Shown here: piece by piece, positions 25,919 to 39,398 of the stretch
How the letters are laid out: each line of letters begins with the position of its first letter
Numbering within the stretch: the first letter of the stretch is position 1
Source of the DNA: Octopus sinensis
Taxonomy: Eukaryota
NCBI RefSeq assembly: GCF_006345805.1
Contig: NC_043000.1
Coordinates: 108,190,001 to 108,254,000, forward strand
Reading direction: 5' to 3'
Length of the DNA stretch: 64,000 nt
The notes under the pieces: generated by a model
What the model was told of the DNA's origin: nothing
What the model saw: the letters and a program-made list of their open reading frames with translations, nothing else
The model's database searches: none
Made by a program: the position numbers and the translations under genes

Positions 25919-27897
25919 GTGTGTGTGTGTGTGTGTGTGCGTGCGTGTATATTTATAGCTGTGGGTGACAAACCTTGCTGTATTTTACTATTTATCTTTT
26001 TCTGTCACCCACAGTTATGAACATGTTGACTCAGAGGAAACTTTATTTGTAATGGATACCTAATTTGCCGACAGTATAGTCTCAGCTTTCTGTGCATGTT
26101 GTGACCAGTTTCATGAGTACAATGTTGTCAGCTATATTTGCATATTAAAATATATTTTAAACTTTCTAAGAAACACGAAAACTTATTTAAATCGAAAATA
26201 AGACCAACCTGAAGTGGAATTCGGAACTTTCTAATAAAAAGCTACACACTCCACGGTTTTGTCGGCTACAATTTTTTTTTTTATTTTTGCATGTGTAGTT
26301 TTTTTTTTATATGTAGATTTTCACTCATCATTATTTTATAGAAAGACTTTGCTTCTCATTCACTTTTAATGATTGAATATTTTTCAATGATATTTTCCAT
26401 CATCCACTTGATATGATACTGAAAGATTAGTCTTCGAAGACGTTGCGGATAAAAATGAAGATGAGGACATACGTGAATTTGATATTTGATGTTCCTTTAT
26501 AAAAGCATGTATTCGTGCATGCCTGTACATATACATATATGTATGTATTTATGTGTGTTTGCATTTGCTTGCACGTGCCTGGAAAGACCTAATAGAAAAT
26601 GCAGCCAAATGTCCCTAGAATTTTGTTCAGCACGCAGCCGAGGCTGATACCCTCACAAACTATAAGCGCCACCATTGTTTTTTTGTCGAATAAATATAGC
26701 TGAAATGTTTTCCTAATGTTGGAATTTTTCTGAGACAACATTTGCCTACAAGACGAAAACAGTAAAACTCTATTGAAAAATTATATTCATAGTAGTGGTA
26801 AATTAATCTCAGAATATTGAAAGACTAGATAATAAAATTAAAACAATAGTAAGGTTCAATTAATTATCTCGCTGTATATAATATTTTAGCGAGAATTACA
26901 CTTACTCAATGATCTTTCTAATAAACCTGCTTCTTTTATATTCGACTCACTCTAACTTATTATGCATCCAATTTATAACATATATTACGTCTCGTTCTTC
27001 CTTTGCTGTCTTAATCTCTCTCTCTCTATCTAAATATAACACAGATAACTAAGAAAAGGGTCAACAAAGTCAAGACGAGGTTATATTGCATTCGAAAGCA
27101 TGACCCTTGCACACAAGATCTCCGTGGCCTTGCTTTAGAAAATGTTTGCGTTAATAAGCTACGCAATGGATTCAAGTTAGTAAAATGAAGTGAATGTAAA
27201 TGTTGCCAAAAGATTGTTGTTTCTCATTTACTTTTAATGATAGAATGTTTTTTTTTGAAGACCCATTGGAAATTTGGAAGACTCAGTTCCATTCTTTATA
27301 TAGTGCTTAGACAAAACCTTCACTGGAAACATCGTATTTTTCGTAACATACCTTCGTAGTCGTTGTTTTGTTAATATCTCTGATGGTAGTCACCAATCGC
27401 CACAAAAGTTGTTACCGCTTCTACAGATTTGCAGACTTAATTCCTCATTGACTGCAATTTTTAATACAACATATGACAATATAATATGTATGGATGGCGT
27501 ACTGATAAAAATTTTTTCTTCTCTATGTATTCACATAAAACTAATCATATATGTTTTTATTTGTATAGTTGAATGGGGATTATAGAAAAAAAAACTGTCA
27601 ATATACAATTATATGGGACAATATAAATGTTCAAAGGTGCATACATTTCTATAACAAATATATACATGATGGTTGGTAAATCCTGAATCAATACCGTGTA
27701 CATACGCCTCAGTTATATGTTCTATATACATTTATGAAGGTATAAGTCTACTTTCATCTTCATATATATATATACATATATATATGAAGATATACATATA
27801 TGACGATGAAAGTAAAATTATACGTTCATAAATGTATAAGGAACATATAAACAGAAGCGTTTGTAGAAGATATATAATTATATGATGATATATATAT

Positions 27898-27937
<40 letters not shown>

Positions 27938-27988
27938 AATCTGAAATGTATACGCGTTTAAATAGATATATTTTCAAATGTATGTATG

Positions 27989-28027
<39 letters not shown>

Positions 28028-28360
28028 TTACATTTGAAGATATACATATATATATATTTAAACGCGTATATATTTCAGATTTATTAGGCGCCCCCGTATA
28101 TAAATATCATTGTATGTTGATACATGAATTGGGTTCAAGAAAAGTATTATGTTGGAATATATAGGGATATCAGATGATCAAATGCACCTAGTTATGTGTA
28201 TATACGCAAACATTTGCATCTATGCGTTAATGGGGGACAATATACCTGCGTATTTGCGCAAACGAGTATATGTCTGCCTATATTGAATCACTTCTATATA
28301 TACGAATATGTGTAGAAATTTCCATGTATGCTTGCAGGTGTATATACATACATACATACA

Positions 28361-28429
<69 letters not shown>

Positions 28430-28515
28430 CATACATATGTGTGTGTTTATATAATAAAAAATATTACCGCAATGATCTGGTAAAATGTCGGTGAAACTTT
28501 AATAGGATTATACAA

Positions 28516-28922
28516 TAGGTAAAAAATGGTTAAGTACCAGTGGTTTAAATGAATGGTTACGCAAGCAATCGGTTACTTTGTAGTTAAATTAATAGCGAAT
28601 TGATTAGTAATTAAAAAAGTGAAGTTCAGCCAGAGCGTGTATTTACTTTTGACGTAATATTCCTACCACGAAACAACAAAATAACAAATTTTTCATTCTA
28701 GTTTCCTTATGAAATTTATATAAACTCTCTCGATATTTACAGAAATTTTCATATATCATCAGGAATGCCATCCATCTCCGCTGTAGCCGATATACCTTGG
28801 ACTAAATTAATCAAACACACTCCAAAGTTAAAGGCTGAATTAAATTGATGTATATGTGTGTCTATGTGTGTGTGCGTGTGCGTGCGTGCGTGCGTATGTG
28901 TGTGAGTGTGTGTTTGTGTGTG

Positions 28923-29000
<78 letters not shown>

Positions 29001-29407
29001 CACACACAAACACACACTCACACACATACGCACGCACGCACGCACACGCACACACACATAGACACACATATACATCAATTTAATTCAGCCTTTAACTTTG
29101 GAGTGTGTTTGATTAATTTAGTCCAAGGTATATCGGCTACAGCGGAGATGGATGGCATTCCTGATGATATATGAAAATTTCTGTAAATATCGAGAGAGTT
29201 TATATAAATTTCATAAGGAAACTAGAATGAAAAATTTGTTATTTTGTTGTTTCGTGGTAGGAATATTACGTCAAAAGTAAATACACGCTCTGGCTGAACT
29301 TCACTTTTTTAATTACTAATCAATTCGCTATTAATTTAACTACAAAGTAACCGATTGCTTGCGTAACCATTCATTTAAACCACTGGTACTTAACCATTTT
29401 TTACCTA
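28516..29407. repeat. Perfect 892-bp palindrome centred on (TA)34
   Basis: Arms 28516-28927 and 28996-29407 are exact reverse complements by inspection; the ORF track gives identical 109-aa products on opposite strands. Confidence 0.97.
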
Positions 29408-29478
29408 CATACATATATATATATATATATATATTACCTACATACATATATATATATATATATTACCTACATACATAT

Positions 29479-29528
<50 letters not shown>

Positions 29529-29529
<1 letters not shown>

Positions 29530-30364
29530 AGGGTGCGATGAATAAACTGTCGTCTAAATTACGCAATATTGAAAATAACGCTGACACCTCATTTTAACAG
29601 ATATATTTACCAAAATTACATAAAGTTATCTTCAAAATATCTAAAAATTGCCATTCTCTTCTGTTACGGCCTCCAGGCAACTTCGGAACCTCCTGCAACT
29701 CTCCTTGTTAAAGTTGGTGAACGCTGTCATAATCCTTGTCTTCAGTTCATCTTTGGTGTTACAAGGATTTTTGTTGGTCTCTCGCTCAACTGCGTTCCAC
29801 ACATAATAATCAAGGGGGTTGCAGTCTGGGGAGATAGATGACCAGATGATAGGTGCGAGGTGGTTGCAGAAATTGTCTGACAACCATGACCGGGTTCTCC
29901 TGCTTGTGTGGCATTGTGCACAGTCCTGTTGTACACATAGGATGTTCCAGCAGCCGCCCTTTTGACCCAGGGCAGCACTACCTCTTCTAGGCACTTGATG
30001 TAGGCTTCCATGTTGAGTGTGAGGCCTTGTGTGAAGATGAATGGAGGCTAAATGTCGCCACCACTAGTTTTCACTCCAAACACCATGATGTTGACTGGAT
30101 GTTTGATTTTTTATCACTTTCGATACATGTCCTCATACTGACACCCAAGCACTATGAAATGTTCGTATTGGAGCTCCCGGTGCAAATTCCAAGCTGTACA
30201 GCATGGAGTTTCTGTCAGAATGAATAACATCAAGATGCTGTTTTTCGCACAGACGTTGCCCAACTGACGGTAATATACTGTTTAGTCACCAAAATCAAAA
30301 AGAAACAAAGCGTATGCGCGAAATTAAAAATATAGTATAGTGACAATTTAACCATCGAAGCCTG
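29529..30364 (-). mobile_element. DD37D (maT-like) Tc1/mariner element, internally deleted
   Basis: QQD..H..WLSDNF..SPDCNPLDYYVW with 37 residues between the aspartates; decayed TA-flanked TIRs tagggtgcgatgaataaactgtc and gtgacaatttaaccatcgaagcctg. Confidence 0.85.
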
Positions 30365-30413
30365 TATAAATATTTGTGCGTGTGTGTTGAACATTTTAAA
30401 TGTAGATGCCGAT

Positions 30414-31325
30414 ATACGATTTCAAAAAGTTCCTGGACTAGATCAGCAGCGCGCCAGCAGTTAGTACCACGCGGTTGCATTCGTAGTGGGGGATAGCACT
30501 GTCCTTCATGAGGCAGTGTCCTGAGTGACATTGTTGTGTTTGCTTCGCATGAGGTGAAATTTCTGTTTTTGTGATCACGTCTAAGCTGTAGTCTGCGATT
30601 TTGTCAGAAACATCGCGTCAATGTCCGTCAAAATCTCCGTAAAGCGTGCTACTGATGACTCATCCTTCCTATCGAGGATCTTCACCGGTGACGAGTGTTA
30701 GGTCTACGGGTACAACCCTAAGACGAAGCAACAGTCGTCACAATGGAAGTGCCATTCATCTCCACGACCGAAGAATGCGGAACAGAGTCGCAGCCCAATC
30801 AAGAGCCTGTACATAGCTTTTTTCGACATCCGAGGCTTTGCACATCGAGAATTCGTACCTCGGATCAGACAGTGAATCGAGAGTTCTACTATGACATTGT
30901 GAAGCGTTTGAGAAAGGACAATCGGCAGAAGCGTCAGGACCTGTGGAGTGCGAGGAATTGGATTCTTCACGACGACAGTGCCCCTTGTTACCAGGTTCTC
31001 TTCATTCGTGAGTTTCTCGCCAAAAACAACATGGTGTTGCTTCAGCACCCGCCTTATTCGCCAGATATAGCACCTGCGGACTTCTATCGTTTCTCAAGGC
31101 TTCCATTTTAACTCCTCTGTTGAGGTTAAGAGTGAGTCGCAGAAAATCCTCGACTCTCTTGCGATAAAAACGACTTCCTGACCGAACCCCAAATGGAGCA
31201 GAAATGCAAGAACCGGTGTATTACTACGCAAAGTAACTATTTCGGAGGAGATGATGTCATAACTTGTGTAAATAATTATATTTTATTAAACATAACTAGT
31301 CCAGGAGCTTATTTATACCACCTTT
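30414..31325 (+). mobile_element. Mariner (DD34D) element, internally deleted and decayed
   Basis: TGDE, TKQQSSQW, HDDSAP..HPPYSPDIAPADF (34 spacing); matching ends aaaagttcctggacta and tagtccaggagcttattt. Confidence 0.85.
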
Positions 31326-31671
31326 TATGTGTAGACATTATCTCAGAAAGCCATACACATAAACGCACGCTCGCATGCACACACACAAACACATACACTT
31401 CGAACACATCTTTTTACTTTGAATATTTTGCGGGGATATATTTGTTATAGAAACTTTTTAGAAATAATTTACACAATTCACAATTAGCCAGACTGATATT
31501 AAGCACAGCAACACCAGCAGTATTATTCTCGTTATTTACTAAACAGCTTCATTTTACAGAAGCTGTTGTTGATAAGAACATATTGTATAAAGTTTAATTT
31601 CATTTAATGGCTGAATTTCTTTAGCTATTGGAGTGTCACTATATACATGCATATATATACGTATATATATG

Positions 31672-31702
<31 letters not shown>

Positions 31703-31774
31703 ATTATATATATATATGTATTATATATATTATATATATATATATTAGATATACATATACATATATATATCCAC

Positions 31775-31826
<52 letters not shown>

Positions 31827-31852
31827 TTATATCTATCTATCTATATATATAT

Positions 31853-31895
<43 letters not shown>

Positions 31896-32005
31896 CATAT
31901 ATAAATATATATATATACACATATGTATGTATATGTATGCATATATATATGTTTATATATACATATATATATATACATATATATATATACTTATATCTAT
32001 CTATC

Positions 32006-32038
<33 letters not shown>

Positions 32039-32566
32039 CATTTATCTGCCCTGTAACACACAATTTAGAAACTATTAAGATAAGAACTTTACCTTGTATT
32101 GTGTTTGTGTATACCCCTTATTTCAAAATCTACCCATGAATGATAAAACACAAAAAAATGTTTTTTAATCTAGATATACCATATTTGACAAAATTGAAAG
32201 AAATACATTGTAAGACCTTCGAATAATACAATTTTCTTTTGTTTTATTATTTCTATATTTTTCACTTACCTGTTGTGTAACGGTCTATAGGCGCGGCGTC
32301 ATAACATCTCCCATATACGTTGTTCGAATGACATTGTACTTGGTCTTAAAAAAGCAAAAAGTAATTATATAATAGGCTCTATTGAATGAGACTAATATAC
32401 TTGCTTCTGAATGAAGTTATGAGACGAATACAAATGTTGCAGTTCACGCAAATATTATTGAATATGTACTAGTACAGAGATAACGGAGACGTAGTGAAAA
32501 ATAAAAAGACAATTTTTTTGCTTTTGGGGTTTTTCCTGCCTATAGTATAGCGTAAATTGTTAATTA

Positions 32567-32976
32567 TACTCTTTTACTTTTACTAGTTTCAGTCATTTGA
32601 CTGCGGCCATGCTCGATAACTACCTTTAGTCGAGCAAATCGACCCCAGGACTTATTCTTTGTAAGCCTAGTACTTATTTCATCGGTCTCTTTTGCTTAAC
32701 CGTTAAGTTACGGGGACGTAAACACACCAGCATCGGTTGTCAAGCGATGTTGGGGGGACAAACACAGACCCACAAACATATACACACATATACATATATA
32801 TATGTACATATATACGACGGGCTTCTTTCAGTTTCCGTCTACCAAATCCACTCACAAGGCTTTGGTCAGCCCGAGGCTATTGTAGAAGAAAACCTGCCCA
32901 AGGTGCCACGCAGTGGGACTGAACCCAGGACCATGTGGTTGGTAAGCAAGCTACTTACCACACAGCCACGCCTGCT
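32567..32976 (-). mobile_element. tRNA-derived SINE family B, full length
   Basis: Homologous end to end with 13169-13579. Confidence 0.9.
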
Positions 32977-33414
32977 TATGAAATGTTGAAACTTAAGCCA
33001 AAAAGAGGAAAATCTATAGTACACAAATAATCGTTCAGTTGAAAATATGGATCATATGGATCATTATTATTTAAAATCCAGAGCCAGTTTCTGATAGTGC
33101 CAATGTGAAGGGTTATGGCTAGAACTATATATAACTGAGAAACGAAACCCTCAACCGACTTAGAGGCAGAAAAAACTATCCAAGGAATTCAGGGAAATAT
33201 TAATTTTGTAATATTATTACAAAGAATTCAATTTTGTAGCATTCATTGCATGCACCATCAGGCATAGAATACAAAGGACAGATTTTGAAAGTTTCTCTTT
33301 TTTTTTTTTTTTGAGAGACGGCTTTTTCAAGGGTACTTATAACAGGTGAGCAAGCTGGTTGAGTTCTTCCTAAGACTAATCTTAATGGAGAGTTATTTCA
33401 CAATGGCATTTCAT

Positions 33415-33995
33415 ATATTTATATATTGTATTCCGAGCTGTCGTCCTATCCATTCTCCCCTACAGCTGTGAGACATTGATGTTTTATCGACGTGAAGAAA
33501 ATAGAACGTTCCCAACAACACAAACTTTGCGCGGTTGCAGAATTCGATGGAAGGACTATATTACTAATGAAAAGGTTCTGCTCCAGGCCGGAATGCCCGG
33601 CATTGAAGCTACCATGGTACGATACAGCCTCCACTGATCGGGTCACATCATACGCATGCATCATACAAGCCTCCACACTAAGTCCCCAAATTTCATTCTC
33701 GAGACCAGCTCAAGGTCACCTCATCCGCTGCTCCATTGACCCAAATACATGGGAAGTAATCACCATTGACCACTCAAAGTGGCGGAATGTCATCGTCAAG
33801 GGAACGCACCAGATGCAAAATAACACACATCATGAGGCAGATGACAGACGTTGAAGACTCAAAGAGCGACCCCCACTTTCTCACTCCCCGCCAACCCTCT
33901 CCTGTGATAAATGTCCCCGCTACTTCTATACAGCCCTTGACCTCAACAGCTACCTCAGGTTCCGGCACTCTTCGCACCCATCAGCATGTAGAGAC
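33415..33995 (+). mobile_element. RTE-clade LINE 3' fragment
   Basis: RWKDYITNEKVLLQAGMPGIEA..GHIIRM..IDPNTWE..KWRNVI..CDKCPRYF..L..H (degenerate C2H2) across frameshifts. Confidence 0.75.
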
Positions 33996-34014
33996 TCAGT
34001 CACTCGCTATAGAT

Positions 34015-34348
34015 TAAAGGGTAAAGAGACCCCTCCAGTCATTTATGACCATGGGATTGCACCTAGAAAGTTATTCTCCGAGATATAAACCCAGGCAAGG
34101 ATGTCTATGGAAGGCCATGCATATCAGCCTCTCCTTCCCACTCCACCGATGTTATTCAAAGGAAAGACAAAGAGGATACACCTTGGTACCAGTGACGTCG
34201 CAACTCATTTCTACATCTGAGAGAACCGGAGCAACGTGAAATAAAGTGATTTCCTTAAGAACTCAACACACAGCCCGATCCGGGAATCGAACTTATTACC
34301 TCATGATTGTGAGCCCGACGCTCTAACAACTGAGCTGTGCACCTTCAC
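34015..34348 (-). mobile_element. tRNA-derived SINE family C with tttaccc-type tail
   Basis: Minus head gtgaaggtgcacagctcagttgttagagcgtc...agttcgattcccgga; tail ggtctctttaccctt. Confidence 0.75.
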
Positions 34349-34874
34349 CACTCGTTACAGATTAACTACTTGGATAAGAGGAGATGCTATCAATATGTGT
34401 GTGCGTGCGTGTGCTACAAGGCCGCAGCTCATGAAAAGAAACTTAGGAAATCATGGAATTGTTTATGTAAGATAAGTCAAAATAACAAATACTGATGAAT
34501 ATTTTGTGTAGAACGCAAATTGTTTTGCATGTTAATTGACAGCCATCAGGTTACTCTGAAAATACCTTATTTCAAATGCGAACGGGATAATGAGATACGT
34601 GACTTGTATCGTTAGAGGTAATTTTTCTGCTCACAGATAATCTTACTTCTGGATCGCAGAGCAATTCATAAAATAAATTGCTTCTACCATTTCCCCTTTC
34701 CTTTTCGATCGCTTTATCGATATTATCGGAGAAATCAGTGAGGATCGAAGGAAAATTCCACCAGAATATCAAGATAATTCAGAGAGAATATCAAGAGAAA
34801 TTACAAGTCAGTGCAACTAAGGAAGATTGATGGGGTTGGTAACAAAATTTGTTTAAAGCAGTATATATTCTTTT

Positions 34875-35148
34875 GAAGCCTAGCCAGGCTCATGGGCCCG
34901 GTTTCCTGGTTTCTGTGGCGTGTGTGTTCCCCCCAGCTGGACGGGACGCCAGTCCATCGCAGCGTTACCCGAAAAATAAGAAAGTGTGAGAGAAAGTTGA
35001 GGCGAAAGAGTACAACAAGGGGTCGCCACCACCACTTGCCGGAGCCTCGTGGAACTTTAGGTATTTTCGATCAATAAACATACACAACGAAACCGCTATC
35101 CTCCGATCGCGAGTCCGCTGTCCTAACCACTGGGTCATTGCGCCTCAA
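34875..35148 (-). mobile_element. tRNA-derived SINE family E
   Basis: Homologous to 59514-59804 (ggactggcgtcccgtccag core; gagcctggctaggc end). Confidence 0.75.
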
Positions 35149-37169
35149 GGTAGTATATACAAGGCATATAAAGCATCAATGTAATCTTTGGTAGTTATCT
35201 AGGGCCCGTTTTCTACACAGTTACATGTTCTTTCTGAAATCAAAGTATAAAATCTAATTTTGCTAATTATTGAATTTATATAACATATAAGTCAATTTCT
35301 ACTACACACGGGTCTCCTCTCGTTAATGAACAGGTGATAAACGATAAGATTACGAAATCGGGAAAATATTTCTTTTATTTTCCGATGTTTCTACATTTGA
35401 TGAGGATAGTGATGATATGATGACGACGACGTCGATGACAGTGATGTTGATAGCGACCACAATGATGATGATATTTGTGGTCATGATAATGATGAAGTCA
35501 CGCGTGTAAGGGAATCTCATTAAAACGATACTTTCTTATGTACCCTTCTAAGTAAATGATAATGATGGAAAATATGAACAAACGTGATGTTACAGAAATG
35601 TGGAGTAAATGCTTTATAGCACTTCGTTTTCGTATTTGTATTAGACTGAAGGCAGACCTTAAAGAGAAAGGTCATATCATTTATGAGCTCAAAATGGTTG
35701 TTTTTGAGCAGCTTATTAAACAAACTATCGATTAGTTAGTTGGCCAGGTATTTAACCGATTGACTAAAAATATAGAAATGATATTGAACCAGTGTGTGTG
35801 CTTATTATTGTTGGCGTAATGACCCTCTCAAGACACAACAACACCTTGTACGGTTTTGTATGTGGGAGATCTTGTCTTTTATAGCCAAAACTCGATGAAT
35901 TTAGTACTATTCTTTTGCTGCTGCTGCTGCTTCTTAACATCAGGTGAGCTCCAGACGAGCAGACTTTGCTCTCACATATTGCTAAGCTGACGATTTTTTT
36001 CCGGTACTGTATATACGACTGCAATATCCAGTTATTCTCTTTTTATAAGGTGTGATTTAGGAAAGATTTAATTACTATTCCTAACAAGTTGGCAGTTGAG
36101 TGAATTGAAATGTTACTGCCTGAAGCAAAACATAATTTCAATATAGAATTCTGTGAAATAAAAGTACCAGGAAGAATTAAAAAAACATACAAATACAGAA
36201 GTACTTCGATTATGACGTGTTCGATTACTGCGTGTTCAACTGAGACTTCCACGAATTAATGTGGTTGGTATTTTTTTTTATTAGATATGTTTGAAGATAA
36301 AGCGCTATTCAGATAACCTTAAAACGCTTTCCGAATTTTGGTAAAAAAAAAAATCGAAGATTGCACATAAGAATTCACTGCGGTATGCGTTATGCACAGC
36401 TGTTTGCAGTTATTCAAAGGGGGCGGAAATGAATAAGCGAAAGGAAAGATTAACAAGCGCAATATTTTCTGAATTTGTTCAGTTAATTAAGAAAACGAAA
36501 TGGAATCCTTGACATTAGGGTTATAGTGGAAAGGGTAAGGGTGGATGATAGTGTAGTGGACAGATATTGTAACAAATTGTAACAAATCGGGGAAGTTATT
36601 GGTTCTATTCATGATAAATTACAAATGTTGATAAAATGGAAATGATTTGGAAATTAATTCTCTCTAAATTTGAAAAAGTAATTCTTTGTCAAATAAAATA
36701 AAGTGCACGTTTAAGTTACAGTGAATCTGTTAAACGGCATTAACCTCTGATTACATGAGGAAATATCCAGAACAAACTATGATAATGTCAAAGAATTGTA
36801 TGGCACGCATGATGGGTATACTTCGATGATGAAAATCTTTAAATTTTAAAGCGTCAAATTTCATATGGCCAAGACGGAATAAATGAAGCTGAGCTGCAAA
36901 CAGCTGAAATTTCTACTGTACTTTTCGAATTATAGAGTTTTAAAGATAGAAAGTAATTTGATAATGCTTAGATATTCAAATTTGGAGAGAGCTATGCAAA
37001 TAAGGAGGCAGCTTGAAAATGCACTCAACGACCAATAGGGAGATGAACATACATTGACAATAATATAATAAAACCGAAAGTTCTTTTATTACATTATAAA
37101 GATATAAAAGTATTTATAATTCTGTGCGTATTCTGATACAAGTCAAACTCATAAAACTGCATTCAATAA

Positions 37170-38595
37170 CACTGGACAACAAAGATTTTGCTACTGGGGT
37201 AAAAGCATGCGTTTTAGATTAAGTCGACGATGCTTATTCCGAATCTGCACTGAGAATTGTTCTAGCACGTCAGGATTTTGAGTTATGCGCAAGATTACAA
37301 CTATACTTTCGGCTAGATATAGGCCGTATTATAGGAGCAAGAAAACAATGCTTGCTTCTGCACTGACGGCAATGCACTCGTGCAAATCTAGAACATGTAA
37401 ATGTGACTAACGAATGGAGATTGTTTATAGACTCGAGTAAGGTTAGCCTCAAATTTGTGTTGTTACATAATGGTAATGAAGAACCTTCCATTCCTATTGT
37501 ATGGAAGAAACTTATGAATCTATGGAACTCATTCTGAAAGGAGTTAATTACTCAGTTCATAAGTAGTATATTTTTGGTGATTTAAAGGTATCTTCCCTCC
37601 TCCTAGAACTGCAGCTGGGATATACCAAAAATGTGCTTCTTGTGTGTTTGGAGTCTAAAAGAGATGAGCGCACAGTTGGTCGGTACAATGCGCAGTATAT
37701 GCCACTTGTGAACCCTAAAAGATCTTCGTCCCATCCCTTCACATTAAACTCGACCACATGAAGAACTCCGTAACAGAAATGACACACGATACTTGTGGCT
37801 TGCAGTACCTAAAATCAAATTTTGGTGCAGAGAAAATGACGCAAAACTGAAAGCATATATTTTAATTGGACCTGAGATCAGAGAATTGATGTCTAATAGC
37901 AAATTCAGAGGTAGACTGAATCCAGTTGAGCTGACGGCATGACATTCGTCCGTGTTAGTTGTACACAACTTTCTCGGAAATCATAGGGTTGAAAAGTATG
38001 CTGACTTAATAAACAACATGCTAACAGCGTATGAAAGAATGGAATGCCGAATATTGCTTAAAATCCAATACTTGCATTCTCATCTCGATTTTTTTTCCAA
38101 CGAATCTTGGCGCCGTTAGTGATGTGCATGTTGAGAGGTTCCACCAGGACATATCTGAGATGGAAACGAGATATCAAGACCGGTTTAATCCACACATGAC
38201 GGATGACTACTGCTGGTTCCTATAACGAGTGACCAGCATGACGAATAAGCGCAAGAGCAAGTGTCTCAAACATTTCTGAGCTGAGCATGTCAAAAATAAA
38301 GTGAGTATTCCCTTAACATAAATATACTATGTACCATTATATTATAATACTATTTGCCTTTAACATAAATATACTATATATAGTACTAATATACTATTAT
38401 TATAATTATTTACCTGTAACTAAACTATTCCTGATATTGATATAGTATTTATATATATTTATGCGCATACCTTACAATCCTGACGTACTGCAGCAATTCT
38501 GAGTTCAGATTTGGAATCAGCAATCTCGATTTAGTTTAGTACAGCATAATTTGTCTGAGTAGCAGACAACATTATTTTTTTTTGGCTGCCCAGTA
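37170..38595 (+). mobile_element. Chapaev3-like (CMC) DNA transposon, internally deleted and decayed
   Basis: EWRLFIDSSKVSLKFVLLHNGN, FGDLKV, LHIKL, GPEIRELM, NFLGNH, HSHLDF, LGAVSDVHVERFHQDISEMETRYQ..DDYCW; ends cactggacaacaaa and tttggctgcccagta are imperfect TIRs; superfamily name from recall. Confidence 0.75.
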
Positions 38596-38726
38596 TAATT
38601 TATTTCCCTTTTTTACAGCGATTTTCATGCACTCTATTTTTTCTTCGTAGTTCAGAAAATTAACAACTTGGATTTTTTTTTTATTTCAAAGTTTAAACAT
38701 CATTCGGCGATTTGATGCATATATTT

Positions 38727-38750
38727 TATCTATCTATCTATCTATCTATC

Positions 38751-38828
<78 letters not shown>
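38727..38828. repeat. (TATC)n microsatellite
   Basis: Directly visible. Confidence 0.95.
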
Positions 38829-39398
38829 TTAAAATGTATGTGTATATCCATGCTTGTGTGCAATTGTGTGCGTGTGTGTGTGCATGGGCGTGTATGGGTT
38901 CGATATCTGCTTCTTGTTCACAATGGTATCGGACATGTCTTTTTTCAGTACTCGCATTAATCAAGAGTGTTCAACAAAAAGATTTTTAAATAAAAATTAA
39001 GATGGAGAGAAACTGGCGTAGAAGATGATTTGATATAGATTCAAGGATTATAAAGCATCTAAAGGAAGAAAAGAACCAAAAGTATCAAGGTCAAATAAAT
39101 TCCAATGAGCAGGTGCATCCTTTGAGAATTGTGCGACATCTAGAACTTAGTAACATTTCACAGAACAAGTCGAAGGAAAATAAGACGAAAGTTTAGTAAT
39201 GCTATTTGTTACGGTATCGGATGTGTAGGGCATTGGTTCATAATATCGCAACTGTTCGATGGATATATAAAAACACGAATAAAGGGGTATTTTTCTTCAT
39301 AGAATATCAATTTGAATCGTCCGATATTCAGATTCATCTGTAAATATGAAACCGTGTCTAATACAGGTACATATATACTTGCATAATGTGTGTATATA

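Noticed and set aside
29401-29480. Short direct repeats with variable spacers as a CRISPR-like array
   Set aside because: Spacers are (TA)n, the context is eukaryotic and there are no cas genes; the same holds for 7803-8027 and 46581-46960
35935-36260. Plus frame interrupted only by TGA codons, suggesting a NUMT or recoding
   Set aside because: The translation resembles no mitochondrial protein I know and no SECIS-like structure was seen
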